Numbered from the stretch's first letter, positions 10,627 to 20,989 are shown. The stretch: 64,000 nucleotides of DNA from an uncultured Bacillota bacterium (GCA_947165195.1 CAMUZJ010000001.1:14288-78287); one strand, 5' to 3'. Numbers and translations are program-made. Notes: generated by a model not told the origin, from the sequence alone.

Positions 10627-11184
10627 CTACTTTGCCTCCACATATACAAGCATTCCACATTTTTTCTCAATTGTACTTATAGAATAAGCATCACTTACCC
10701 AGACTCTTAAAATAAATTTTTTCTTCTCATTTGGGTTTAACGTTCCACTATAAATCTTCTTACCAATAGAATGAAAAGAATTTTTTAAATCATAAAAAGT
10801 TGGAACAGATAAAGTATCATATCCCTCAATAGGAACATTATCTCCATCTGTCAAGTAAACTTTTATATAATTTGGATGAATCGCTTGACTATAATATTGT
10901 TCCATAGCATAAATTTCATATTTTGTTTTATAAGAAACTGTGGATTCTACTTCAAATTCATAATATCCTTGAACACTTACGTTATCTTCATCATACACCA
11001 TATTTTTGCCAATACTATCACTCATTGGAAAAGAATCGACTAAATTTATTTCATTTTTATAACTAGAAGAAACGCGAATTGCTTTAGACTTATCTTTATT
11101 AACCATATTCTCATGCCATAGCATCAAAAAAAATATAATGATAATTACTATAATAAAGACGATTACATATTTCCTTTTATGCAT
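10627..11184 (-). CDS. Secreted or membrane-anchored hypothetical protein, paralog B; possible SipW substrate
   Basis: N-terminal TM segment (YVIVFIIVIIIIFFLMLW) and a C-terminal FILRVWVSDA motif. It also shares YIKVYL/YVKAYL and PTF motifs with paralog A. Confidence 0.5.
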   Translation of the reverse strand: MHKRKYVIVFIIVIIIIFFLMLWHENMVNKDKSKAIRVSSSYKNEINLVDSFPMSDSIGKNMVYDEDNVSVQGYYEFEVESTVSYKTKYEIYAMEQYYSQAIHPNYIKVYLTDGDNVPIEGYDTLSVPTFYDLKNSFHSIGKKIYSGTLNPNEKKKFILRVWVSDAYSISTIEKKCGMLVYVEAK

Positions 11185-11235
11185 AAAAGCACCACCCTAT
11201 AATACCCCTATTATAAATAAAGATTATCATAAAAA

Positions 11236-11988
11236 CTAATTCAAGTCAAATATATTAGAAGCATTATTAGAAGTAATTCTAGCTACCTCTTCTACCGGAA
11301 TATTTAATAGGTTAGATATTTTTTCCCCAATAATTGGAATATACTTTGAACTATTTTGTTTACCTCGGAAAGGCTCAGGTGTTAAATATGGACTATCTGT
11401 TTCTAAAACGATATGTTCTAGTCCAACATTTTCCACAACCTTATACAGGTTACTATTCTTAAAAGTAATAACTCCTCCAATTCCTAGTAAAAAGCCCATG
11501 GAAATATAAATTTTAGCAGTTTCTATACTTCCACTAAAACAATGAATAATCCCCTTTACTTTATATTTTTTTAAAATATTAATTGTATCCATAGTAGCAT
11601 CCCTTGAATGGATAACAACAGGTAATTGGTACTTTTCAGCAAGTTTTAACTGATGTTCAAATAAATTTTTCTGAAGTTTCTCATCCTCTTTCCCATAATG
11701 ATAATCTAATCCTATTTCTCCTATTCCTACAACTTTTTTATTTTTTAACTTACTTTCCAAAAATAACAATCTATTATTATCTGTCGTCTTTGCCTCTGAT
11801 GGATGATATCCTATTGTTATAAAAAGATCTTCATATTTTTCAGACAATTCCAAAGATTCTATAATTGACTCGTAACTACAACCAGAAACAATAATTTTAG
11901 AAATACCATTTTCTCTATTTTCTTTAATAACCAAATCTATATCTTTATAATCTTCTATTAACAAATGACAATGTGTATCTATAAACAT
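11236..11988 (-). CDS. tatD: TatD-family metal-dependent DNase/hydrolase
   Basis: MFIDTHCHL start preceded by a GGAGGT RBS, which is why the start is placed at 11988 rather than the upstream ATG of the ORF track. The HxH metal site and the rest of the TIM-barrel motifs are present. Confidence 0.9.
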   Translation of the reverse strand: MFIDTHCHLLIEDYKDIDLVIKENRENGISKIIVSGCSYESIIESLELSEKYEDLFITIGYHPSEAKTTDNNRLLFLESKLKNKKVVGIGEIGLDYHYGKEDEKLQKNLFEHQLKLAEKYQLPVVIHSRDATMDTINILKKYKVKGIIHCFSGSIETAKIYISMGFLLGIGGVITFKNSNLYKVVENVGLEHIVLETDSPYLTPEPFRGKQNSSKYIPIIGEKISNLLNIPVEEVARITSNNASNIFDLN

Positions 11989-12045
11989 AATTACCTCCAT
12001 ATACATATAAAGTCTACAAGATAACCTTATAGACTTAGTATTTTA

Positions 12046-12702
12046 TTAAATATTATCTTTAAATAATCTTGAATTATTTAAAGTAAACAAATATCTTTCT
12101 GTTTGTTCTTTAACAATATTAATTAATGTAGTATCCTTGATTAATATCTTAATATCAATATTTTCAAATATCTGCTTTTGATAAGTTCCTAAAATAAATT
12201 TTGTAATATCAGATATAATTTTATTTTTTACTTCTGATGGAGTACTCTCCAGAAAAACAGTATTTATTTTTTTTATAAACTGTTCATTTGAGTTAGTAAA
12301 TTGCTCTTTCAACAGCTTTCTTATATTTTTATTAATGGAATTAAAGTCTTTTTTTAATAATTTAATTACTACATCACCATTTTTATTATCAAAATTTTGA
12401 ACAATTATTATTAAATTATCTGTACGTAATTTTTTTATTTTATTAATACATTTTTGCAAATTTTTTCTATATTCATCTAATATTTTACTAAGAGACTCTG
12501 TATTTAAGATTATCTTATTTTTCTTAGCTAATGTTAAAAATCTAGACTTAATCACATCCATAGAATCTAGAGGAGGCTTTTTTAATAATGATGTAATATC
12601 TTCATCTGTCAAAACATTTGTATTATTTCTAATACTTTCTAATATAGCGCTTTTATAAGTTTCAAAATGCTGCATTTTTATTTTTTCCAACGTATCTTCC
12701 AT
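12046..12702 (-). CDS. Hypothetical lysine-rich, predicted alpha-helical protein with no recognisable family
   Basis: A 218 aa ORF with tight spacing between the mfd stop and the tatD start. It has no TM segments and I recognise no motifs. Confidence 0.4.
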   Translation of the reverse strand: MEDTLEKIKMQHFETYKSAILESIRNNTNVLTDEDITSLLKKPPLDSMDVIKSRFLTLAKKNKIILNTESLSKILDEYRKNLQKCINKIKKLRTDNLIIIVQNFDNKNGDVVIKLLKKDFNSINKNIRKLLKEQFTNSNEQFIKKINTVFLESTPSEVKNKIISDITKFILGTYQKQIFENIDIKILIKDTTLINIVKEQTERYLFTLNNSRLFKDNI

Positions 12703-12745
12703 AATTTACTCTCCTAGCATATTAAATTTATCCATTAATTTATAA

Positions 12746-15700
12746 TTAGTCAATAGAATTATTTAAATTTTCTAAGATTTTATTTAAAAATTGTACTAAA
12801 TAATAAATTGGATGCTTTTCTAATTTTATTATATCTAATACAATTACTAAGTTTGTTCCTTTACTTAAAAAGCGAAACATATTACTGATTTCAAAAGAAT
12901 CTACAAATAATTTTTCCATATCTATACTTTTTATAAAATTACTATCAAAAATTAATTCTATGGAATTCTTTGTTTGATTAACTTCTCTTACGTTAACTTT
13001 AATAGCTAATTTTTCAAACCATTCTTCATACATATAAATAATTAATTCTTCATTTAATTTTCCAAATCGATCTTCTAATTCACTTTTTACCTCATTAAAC
13101 TTCTCTTCAGAATTAATTTCATTTATCTTTTTGTGAATTTCTATTTTTAATTCATCTTCTCCAACATAAGAATCATCAATATGTGTAGAAACATTAATTA
13201 ACGGTTTAGAGAAATCATTTTCTTCTTCATTATTAAGTATATTTTTACGTCTATTAACTTCATCGTTTAACATTTTTAAATATAAGTCTATACCTATAGA
13301 ATCAATAAATCCTGCTTGTTCACTACCTAATAAATCACCAGCTCCTCTAATAGACAAATCTCTAGTGGCAATTGAAAATCCACTTCCTAATTCTGTAAAT
13401 TCTTTTATTACATTTAAACGTTTAATAGCTGTATCTGTTAAACTTTTATAAGGTTTATACATTAGATAAGCATAAGCAAACTTATCGCTTCTACCAACTC
13501 GACCTCTAATTTGATATAACTGGCTTAGTCCAAACCTATCAGCATCTATTACTATTAAGGTATTAACATTCGGTATATCAATACCTGTTTCTATAATTGT
13601 TGTACAAATCAAAATATCATATTTATGATTAATAAAGTCGTATAATTTACTTTCTAATTCGTTTTTATTCATTTGACCATGTACTATTGTAATTCTAGCT
13701 TCTGGTACTAAATTCTGTATTCTAAACAACTCTTCTTCTATTGATTGAACTCTATTATATAACAAAAATACTTGTCCATCACGTGCCAATTCCTTATAAA
13801 TAGCGTCTTTTATAATTTGTGCATTCTCTTCAACTACATAAGTTTGTACTGGAAATCTATTAACAGGAGGAGTTTCAATTAAAGACAAACTTCTAATACC
13901 GGTCAAAGACATTTGCAATGTTCTAGGAATTGGTGTAGCCGTTAATGTTAATACATCAACATTTACTTTGTATTGTTTTATTTTTTCTTTATGTTTAACA
14001 CCAAATCGTTGTTCTTCATCAATTACTAATAATCCTAAATCTTTAGGCTTAATATCATCACTCAATAATCTATGCGTACCAAATACCATGTCAATTGTTC
14101 CATCTTTTAATCCAGAGACAATTCTTTCCACTTCTTTTGGCGATGTAAAACGATTTAATAAAGCTATCGATACTGGAAAATCTTTAAATCTTTTTAAAGC
14201 ATTTTCATAGTGCTGACTAGAAAGAATCGTTGTTGGACACAAAAACAACACTTGTTTTGAATCTAATATTGCCTTAAAGGAAGCAACAAAAGCTACTTCT
14301 GTTTTGCCAAATCCAACATCTCCACATAATAATCTATCCATTGGAGAAGAAGCTTCCATATCATCTTTTATCTGCTTAATAGCCCTTTCTTGATCTTTTG
14401 TTAAATCAAATTCAAACGCCTTTTCAAAGCTAATAGATAAATCTGAATCTTTAGAAAAAGCAAATCCACGACGAGCCTCACGTTCAGAATATATTTTAAG
14501 AAGTTCATCTGCCATATCATTGATTTTTTTCTTAACTCTAGTTTTTGTCTTTTCCCATTGTGTACTATCTAATCTATTAATAGCAGGTTTTACTCCCTCT
14601 TGACCAGAATATTTAAATAACGAATCAATTCTTTCAACAGGAATATAAATTTTATCTGTTCCTTGATAAAGAACTTCTAAATAATCCTTTGAAATATTAG
14701 AGGAAGTTAAAGTTTTAATACCATTATATATTCCAATTCCATGTATACTGTGAACAACATAATCACCAATAGACAATTTTGTTATATCTTTTATTCCTAT
14801 TCCGTATTTAAAATTTGTACGGAATTTCTTTTTTTGTTCGACATTATTAAATAATTCATTTCCAGTCAAAATGACAATTTTATTATAAATAAATCCTTGT
14901 GAAATTTCAGAATCTACCAAATTAACCTGATTTAATATAATATTATCTAAAGAAGATTCCACAATTTTCATATTTAAAATATTTAATATTTTGCGTAATT
15001 GATATTTCTTTAAACAAATTAATACTGTATAGTCATTACTAATTTTGTCTCTAATAAACTCATTAATTTTCTCGGATGACTCATTAAATTTTTGAATAGT
15101 ATGAACATTATAATTTATAACATCTGACAACTTCGCAGTAGTTATATTATTAATACTCATATAATACATTAGAAAGGCAGTATTTTTCCTCATCAATTCT
15201 AAGGAAAACATATAATCCTTATAAAAGTTTGTATCACTACTTTTCCTATAATCTAGAATTTCTTTTTCTATGTTTTTATAATCTACTTCTAATTGCAAGT
15301 AATCTTTATAAATTGTTATACAATTATCCAAATAACTAGTAATATTGCAAACATCTTCATATAATGGTAAATATTTTTGTTTACCATAATGCTCTGGATC
15401 AGCCTGTTTATTTGTTATAAATTCAAAATACGGAAATATTTCTACTTCGTTTACTTTGTCTATAGATTTTTGAGTATCAATATCAAAATGTCTAATAGAT
15501 TCTATATTATCTCCAAAAAATTCAATTCGTATAGGATATTCTTCTCCAATTGGAAATACATCTACTATGTAACCTCTAATAGCAAATTCACCTGTTTTAT
15601 TTACAATAGTTGTCTTTGCATAACCACTGGAAACTAAATTTTCCACAATATTAGATGGTGATATTTCCTCTTCAATACTCAAATGATAACAATGTTTCAT

Positions 15701-16069
15701 ATAAGTATCTTTTTTGGGTAAATATCGCAAATATCCCATTAAATTAGTTAGTACTATTTTCTTATCTTTATAAATAATAGAATTTAAAGTTTCTAAACGC
15801 GAAATTTTCAAATCTGGACTAATAGCTAAAGCTTCACTTGTTAAAAAGTCATCCATAGGAAATAAGCAAACACTATCTGTATAATTTGTAAGAGACTGAT
15901 ATAACTTATTAGCTTCATAAATAGAATTAACAACTACTAAAATAGATTTATTATATTTTTTTAGTATATTGCATAAATAAACACAAAAAAACTCATCGGT
16001 AATACCTGAAATACCCATGTTATTTTTTAGTTGAACATTAAATAGATCAAAAAATTTCATATATTTCAC
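12746..16069 (-). CDS. mfd: Transcription-repair coupling factor
   Basis: 1107 aa with a UvrB-homology N-terminus, an RNAP-interaction domain, superfamily-2 helicase motifs (LLCGDVGFGKTEVA, DEEQRFGV) and a TRG motif. Confidence 0.95.
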   Translation of the reverse strand: MKYMKFFDLFNVQLKNNMGISGITDEFFCVYLCNILKKYNKSILVVVNSIYEANKLYQSLTNYTDSVCLFPMDDFLTSEALAISPDLKISRLETLNSIIYKDKKIVLTNLMGYLRYLPKKDTYMKHCYHLSIEEEISPSNIVENLVSSGYAKTTIVNKTGEFAIRGYIVDVFPIGEEYPIRIEFFGDNIESIRHFDIDTQKSIDKVNEVEIFPYFEFITNKQADPEHYGKQKYLPLYEDVCNITSYLDNCITIYKDYLQLEVDYKNIEKEILDYRKSSDTNFYKDYMFSLELMRKNTAFLMYYMSINNITTAKLSDVINYNVHTIQKFNESSEKINEFIRDKISNDYTVLICLKKYQLRKILNILNMKIVESSLDNIILNQVNLVDSEISQGFIYNKIVILTGNELFNNVEQKKKFRTNFKYGIGIKDITKLSIGDYVVHSIHGIGIYNGIKTLTSSNISKDYLEVLYQGTDKIYIPVERIDSLFKYSGQEGVKPAINRLDSTQWEKTKTRVKKKINDMADELLKIYSEREARRGFAFSKDSDLSISFEKAFEFDLTKDQERAIKQIKDDMEASSPMDRLLCGDVGFGKTEVAFVASFKAILDSKQVLFLCPTTILSSQHYENALKRFKDFPVSIALLNRFTSPKEVERIVSGLKDGTIDMVFGTHRLLSDDIKPKDLGLLVIDEEQRFGVKHKEKIKQYKVNVDVLTLTATPIPRTLQMSLTGIRSLSLIETPPVNRFPVQTYVVEENAQIIKDAIYKELARDGQVFLLYNRVQSIEEELFRIQNLVPEARITIVHGQMNKNELESKLYDFINHKYDILICTTIIETGIDIPNVNTLIVIDADRFGLSQLYQIRGRVGRSDKFAYAYLMYKPYKSLTDTAIKRLNVIKEFTELGSGFSIATRDLSIRGAGDLLGSEQAGFIDSIGIDLYLKMLNDEVNRRKNILNNEEENDFSKPLINVSTHIDDSYVGEDELKIEIHKKINEINSEEKFNEVKSELEDRFGKLNEELIIYMYEEWFEKLAIKVNVREVNQTKNSIELIFDSNFIKSIDMEKLFVDSFEISNMFRFLSKGTNLVIVLDIIKLEKHPIYYLVQFLNKILENLNNSID

Positions 16070-16638
16070 CTATTTTTTCTATTATACTTATTCATTAGAT
16101 TTGAAAAAGTTTCCACATAATAATCATTTAACACAGTAACTAATGTATGATAACACTCAGAAATAATATTTAATTCTTCTTGTGAAAGTTTTCCCAATAC
16201 ATAATCTTTAGTATCACCAAATTTATTTTTAGATATACCTACTTTTAATCTCTTATAATTTTGAGTATTTAAATGTTTTTCTATATCTCTTAATCCATTA
16301 TGTCCTCCAGAAGAACCTTTATCTTTTAATTTAAAATTCCCAATAGTTAGGTCCATATCATCAGATATAATTAAAATATCTTCAATTTGAATTTTAAAAT
16401 AATCCACAAATTTCCTAACAACACCACCTGATAAGTTCATATAAGACTGTGGCTTTAAAAATATAACCTTTTCTCCTAATACAGTTGTCTGAAAATATAA
16501 TCCATTAAATTTTTCAGACCATTGTGGATTAGATAAATTTAAATTTTTTATATAATAATCTAAAAATTCAAAACCTATATTATGTCTTGTATGTTCATAT
16601 TCTTTTCCAGGATTTCCCAATCCAACTATTAATTTCAT
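16066..16638 (-). CDS. pth: Peptidyl-tRNA hydrolase
   Basis: MKLIVGLGNPGKEYEHTRHNIGF is the canonical Pth N-terminus. Confidence 0.9.
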   Translation of the reverse strand: MKLIVGLGNPGKEYEHTRHNIGFEFLDYYIKNLNLSNPQWSEKFNGLYFQTTVLGEKVIFLKPQSYMNLSGGVVRKFVDYFKIQIEDILIISDDMDLTIGNFKLKDKGSSGGHNGLRDIEKHLNTQNYKRLKVGISKNKFGDTKDYVLGKLSQEELNIISECYHTLVTVLNDYYVETFSNLMNKYNRKNR

Positions 16639-17487
16639 TTAATCACTCCCCACATGATATTCTTTATAAATAACAGATTTTGCTACATTTCTCTCCATAG
16701 CCACTTTTTTAATAGCCTCATTCGTACTTAATCCATCATTTCGATATAAGTCTACATGTTCTTTGATAGTTAAGTCATCAAAGCTAACTTCCTCATGATT
16801 TCCTTCTACTACAAGAACAAATTCTCCCTTCAATTCAGAAGAATTGGCAATGGATATTATATCACTAATTTTTTCTCTGTAAACTTCTTCATGTATTTTT
16901 GAGATTTCTCTTTCAAGACAAATATTACGGTTTCCGAATATCTCCAACATATTTTTTAACGTTTCCTTTATTCTATGGGGTGCCTCATAAAAAATCATAG
17001 TATAAGGTACTTTCTTCAATTTTTCCAATTCTTTTTTCTGTTTAGAAGACTTAGCATTTAAAAATCCATAAAACAAAAATGGTGATGGCTCTATCCCTGA
17101 ATTTATTAAAGCAGGCACAAAAGCAGTTGCTCCTGGAAGACTTATCACGTTAAAAGAGTTATTAATAACTTCTTTTACTATAACAAATCCGGGATCACTT
17201 ATAATAGGTGTACCTTGATCTGTAACTAAACCAATATTTAAACCATTTTTTAATTCCTTAACTACATATGATTTAACTTTTTCTTGATTAAATTCATGAC
17301 ACGCTATTAATTTTTTCTTTATATCATAAGCATTTAGCAATTTACCAGTTTCACGAGTATCTTCACACAAAATAATATCCACAGCTTTTAATATATTTAA
17401 AGAACGAATAGTTATATCCTCAAGATTTCCAATAGGTGTAGGAATTAAATATAAGCTAGCTGTATCATTGTAACTTTTTTGACTCAT
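16639..17487 (-). CDS. rsmI: 16S rRNA (cytidine1402-2'-O)-methyltransferase
   Basis: LYLIPTPIGNLEDITIRSLNILKAVDIILCEDTRETGKLL is the tetrapyrrole-methylase-fold RsmI signature. Confidence 0.9.
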   Translation of the reverse strand: MSQKSYNDTASLYLIPTPIGNLEDITIRSLNILKAVDIILCEDTRETGKLLNAYDIKKKLIACHEFNQEKVKSYVVKELKNGLNIGLVTDQGTPIISDPGFVIVKEVINNSFNVISLPGATAFVPALINSGIEPSPFLFYGFLNAKSSKQKKELEKLKKVPYTMIFYEAPHRIKETLKNMLEIFGNRNICLEREISKIHEEVYREKISDIISIANSSELKGEFVLVVEGNHEEVSFDDLTIKEHVDLYRNDGLSTNEAIKKVAMERNVAKSVIYKEYHVGSD

Positions 17488-18215
17488 TTTCTCACCTCGT
17501 TCACTAAAGAAAAGTACTCTTCTGTCATAGTACCATTATTATTATATAAAATTAAAGGACTCTCTACTTTTAATCCTTCTTTTCCCATTTTTTGTCCCTC
17601 AATTAAAACTAACTTTGAATCTTTATTCACTTTATCAAAAATAAATTTAATTCTTTTAGGTTGTATATTATAATCTTTCATTAAATTTAAAATTTCTAAT
17701 ATTCTATCAGGTCTATGTACAATTGCTAAATTACCATTATTTTTTAATATCCTTTTTGAAACTGAAAAAAGCTTATTTAAATCCATATAAACCTCATGTC
17801 TAGCAATTCTTTTTTCTTCTGTATCATTCAAGTAGCTTCCTTCATTTAACTTAAAATATGGAGGATTACATAAAACCAAATCAAAATACTCATTATAATT
17901 AAATTTTTCTGTATCAGAAATATCTGATTTTATAATTTCTATTTGACTTTCTAATTTATTTAATTTTACTGACTCTATTGCCATATTTGCTAACTTTTCT
18001 TGTATCTCAACACCAATTATTGGACTTTTAGTTCTTTTAGATAAGATTAAGGGTATGACTCCATTACCAGTTCCAAGATCACATATATGTTTATCTTTTA
18101 ATCTAAGAGTAGCATAATTTCCTAAAATAACACTATCTAAAGAAAAACAAAAAAAATCCAAATCTTGATATATTTGCAAATTTTTATATCCTAAAATATC
18201 ATTTAATACTTTCAT
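17484..18215 (-). CDS. Class I SAM-dependent N6-adenine methyltransferase, YabB/TrmN6-like
   Basis: SAM motif DLGTGNGVIPL and catalytic NPPY, both typical of N6-adenine MTases. The position next to rsmI matches B. subtilis yabB. Confidence 0.7.
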   Translation of the reverse strand: MKVLNDILGYKNLQIYQDLDFFCFSLDSVILGNYATLRLKDKHICDLGTGNGVIPLILSKRTKSPIIGVEIQEKLANMAIESVKLNKLESQIEIIKSDISDTEKFNYNEYFDLVLCNPPYFKLNEGSYLNDTEEKRIARHEVYMDLNKLFSVSKRILKNNGNLAIVHRPDRILEILNLMKDYNIQPKRIKFIFDKVNKDSKLVLIEGQKMGKEGLKVESPLILYNNNGTMTEEYFSLVNEVRK

Positions 18216-19011
18216 CTTTATTTTCCTTCTTAAATTCTACAAGGCCTTTTTCTTTCAAATCTACTTTATATGTCCCTTTAATTACATCTATAGAACAAAC
18301 CTTTCCCATCCCTAATGGTGTATCTGTTACCATGCCAACTTTTGGTAAGTCACTTTTAAGCTCAGTATAAACGTCGTTTTCATAACCTAAACAACATAGT
18401 AATCTTCCACAAACTCCGTTTATTTTATTAGGGGATAGAGCTAATGACTGATTTTTTGCCATATTAATAGATACACTATTAAAATCTGATAAAAAGGAAT
18501 TACAACAAAGAAATAATCCACAAGGCCCAAGTCCACCAATCCGTTTAGATTTATCTCTAACACCTACTTGTCTAAACTCTATTCTAGCCCTAAACTTTTT
18601 AGCTACTTTTTTAGCCAATTCTCTAAAGTCAACTCTATTATCAGATAAATATGTTATTATCAAAACTGATTTATCTAAATTGTATTTGGCATCTATAAAA
18701 TTCATATCTAACTCTAAAGAAAGACTAGTTTTCTTTGTTAGTTCTAAAGCCTTTAAAGAGTCCTCATCATTTTCATAAGAAATACGTATATCATCATCAG
18801 TAGCCACTCTTATTACATTTTTTAATGGAAGTATTAAATTTTCCTGCTTTTCCATATAATTTGCCTTTATGACTCTAGCGATAAAATTCCCATAATCTGT
18901 CTCAATAATAACTTTATCGTCAACATCAACCTTTAATCCATTTGCTGACAAATAATATGTAGTCTTGCTTGAATCAATACTCACTACTATTACTTCTATC
19001 ATAAACCTCAC
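18199..19011 (-). CDS. ricT: PSP1-domain protein RicT/YaaT, a regulator of sporulation, competence and biofilm (Ric complex)
   Basis: PSP1 C-terminal domain with a conserved Cys cluster (GPCGLFLCC...CGRLLCC). Sits next to holB as in Bacillus. Confidence 0.8.
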   Translation of the reverse strand: MRFMIEVIVVSIDSSKTTYYLSANGLKVDVDDKVIIETDYGNFIARVIKANYMEKQENLILPLKNVIRVATDDDIRISYENDEDSLKALELTKKTSLSLELDMNFIDAKYNLDKSVLIITYLSDNRVDFRELAKKVAKKFRARIEFRQVGVRDKSKRIGGLGPCGLFLCCNSFLSDFNSVSINMAKNQSLALSPNKINGVCGRLLCCLGYENDVYTELKSDLPKVGMVTDTPLGMGKVCSIDVIKGTYKVDLKEKGLVEFKKENKDESIK

Positions 19012-19858
19012 CTATTATTCTTGAAAAGAATGAATCTAACCAGATTTTATAATTAACGTTAAATTCTAATTTTTGCTTTTCACTTTCAATTATTTTAACA
19101 TATGTAATCATTTCATTTATTGTTATCTTATCTATATTATATAGTTTTCTATTATCTACATCACATTCAGAAGAATTTTTTACTAAATATTGCATAAAAC
19201 ATTTCTCTACTTCTGACAATATTTTTTTAGCAATATTTTTATCTGGAAGTATATTATCATATATATCTTTATAAAATATAAATAAATTTTTCTTTCTAGT
19301 TATATAATCAATAAAATTTTCAACTTTATCCACTACATCAGAAGATATATTAAAATCACTATATTTCATACTAAATATTTGACATCTAGAAAGAATAGTA
19401 TCTAACAACAAATACCTATTTTTTGTTACCAATATCGCAATTATATCATCTCCAGGCTCTTCTAAAAATTTCAACAAAGAATTAGAAGATGATGCATTTA
19501 GTTTTTCTGCTTCTTTTATAACATAAATTCTTTTATTATCCAATAAAGATTTATTATTAAATTCTTCTTGTAATTCTATTAATTGCTGTTTTTTTATCCA
19601 ATTTCCATCGGTTTCAATAATCATAAAATCAGGATAATTATTGCTATCAATTAATTCGCAAATATTACATTTATTACAGTTTAAATTATCAAAACTTTTG
19701 TTTTTTTGTTTACAAAGTATTATTTTGGCTACATTTTTAATAAATGACATAGAAGTATCATAATCATCCACTTCAAATAATAAGGCATGAGATACTTTGT
19801 TATTTTTTACTATATTATTTATAATATTCAAACTATTATTAACCCTATTGTCTGTCAT
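18974..19858 (-). CDS. holB: DNA polymerase III delta' subunit
   Basis: AAA+-like clamp-loader fold with a zinc-module cysteine cluster (CNKCNICE) and an SRC-like motif (TILSRCQIF). Confidence 0.75.
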   Translation of the reverse strand: MTDNRVNNSLNIINNIVKNNKVSHALLFEVDDYDTSMSFIKNVAKIILCKQKNKSFDNLNCNKCNICELIDSNNYPDFMIIETDGNWIKKQQLIELQEEFNNKSLLDNKRIYVIKEAEKLNASSSNSLLKFLEEPGDDIIAILVTKNRYLLLDTILSRCQIFSMKYSDFNISSDVVDKVENFIDYITRKKNLFIFYKDIYDNILPDKNIAKKILSEVEKCFMQYLVKNSSECDVDNRKLYNIDKITINEMITYVKIIESEKQKLEFNVNYKIWLDSFFSRIIGEVYDRSNSSEY

Positions 19859-19867
19859 TTAATCACC

Positions 19868-20053
19868 TCACAACATCATTACTTTAAAAAAAATCAGTAC
19901 AAGAAAACCAGGAAGACCCAACAAATAAATGATTCCTATACTAAAAAAATTTAACGGTATCATTAAATTAACACTTACCGCTAAAAGATTATAGGTATAT
20001 AGAACTAAGCAACTTAAAATAATTTTTTTTATCATTGTTATTATAATTATCAC
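19868..20053 (-). CDS. bofA: BofA-like inhibitor of pro-sigma-K processing (small membrane protein)
   Basis: The C-terminal NLMIPLNFFSIGIIYLLGLPGFLVLIFFK aligns with B. subtilis BofA HVPINLVTTAISGILGIPGIAALVVIK. The recR-...-bofA synteny is also conserved. The ORF may be N-terminally longer. Confidence 0.5.
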   Translation of the reverse strand: MIIIITMIKKIILSCLVLYTYNLLAVSVNLMIPLNFFSIGIIYLLGLPGFLVLIFFKVMML

Positions 20054-20082
20054 CTAATAGAGAATATGATAAAATTGAAAAT

Positions 20083-20679
20083 TTATTCTACTGTTTTTCT
20101 ATCTGCTAACGCTCTCTCTAAAGTCAAGCTATCAATAAACTCAATATCTGCTCCGATAGGAATTCCACTTGCTAGTCTACTTGTCTTTATTTGCATTCCT
20201 TCAACAATTCTTTTTATATAAAGAGAGGTTGTTTCTCCTTCAATGCTAGGTCTAAATGCAAAAATAATTTCTTCAAATTGCCCATTTTCTAACCTTTCAA
20301 GCAACTTTTCAATACCAATATCTTCTGGATTTATACCTTCTAATGGAGAAATCAACCCTTCTAGAACATGATACTTTCCTCTAAATATCCCAAGTCTTTC
20401 AAAAAGAAAAACTGTTTTACTATCCTCAACAACACATAAAATACGATTATCTCTATTTTGATCAATACAGATAGAACATACTTCTTCATCTGTTAAACTA
20501 TTACATTCAGGACATTTATGTATTTTATTTTTTATTTCTAAAATACTATTAGAAAAAAAGCTCACTTGTTCATCTTCTAAATTTAAAACAGAAAAAGCTA
20601 ATCTTTCTGCTGTCTTAGTTCCTATCCCTGGCAAATATTTAAATGCTTCAACTAAATTTTTTATACTATCAGGATACAT
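20083..20679 (-). CDS. recR: Recombination protein RecR
   Basis: Helix-hairpin-helix, C4 zinc finger (CPECNSLTDEEVCSIC) and Toprim domain. Confidence 0.9.
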   Translation of the reverse strand: MYPDSIKNLVEAFKYLPGIGTKTAERLAFSVLNLEDEQVSFFSNSILEIKNKIHKCPECNSLTDEEVCSICIDQNRDNRILCVVEDSKTVFLFERLGIFRGKYHVLEGLISPLEGINPEDIGIEKLLERLENGQFEEIIFAFRPSIEGETTSLYIKRIVEGMQIKTSRLASGIPIGADIEFIDSLTLERALADRKTVE

Positions 20680-20692
20680 AGATAATTAATTC

Positions 20693-20989
20693 CTAAAATA
20701 AACCTGGAATATTACCAAATTTTCCCATTTTACTTTCAGTAGTAGCATCAATTTTCTTATTAGCTTCATTTACAGCACTAGCAATCATTTCCTGTAACAT
20801 TTCTATATCATCTTTATCTAAAGACTCTTTTACTTTTAACTCTACACTTTGTATTTCTTTATTACCTTTCATAGTAACTTTAATCATTGAATTTTCTCCA
20901 ACAAAATCAGTATTGTCAATTTCATTTTTAATTTTTAGCATATCCTTTTGAAATGCTTGTGCTTGTTTCATCATTGATTGTAAATTCAT
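20693..20989 (-). CDS. ybaB: Nucleoid-associated protein YbaB/EbfC
   Basis: About 100 aa with MNLQSMMKQAQAFQKDMLKIKNEI and conserved placement between dnaX and recR. Confidence 0.85.
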   Translation of the reverse strand: MNLQSMMKQAQAFQKDMLKIKNEIDNTDFVGENSMIKVTMKGNKEIQSVELKVKESLDKDDIEMLQEMIASAVNEANKKIDATTESKMGKFGNIPGLF

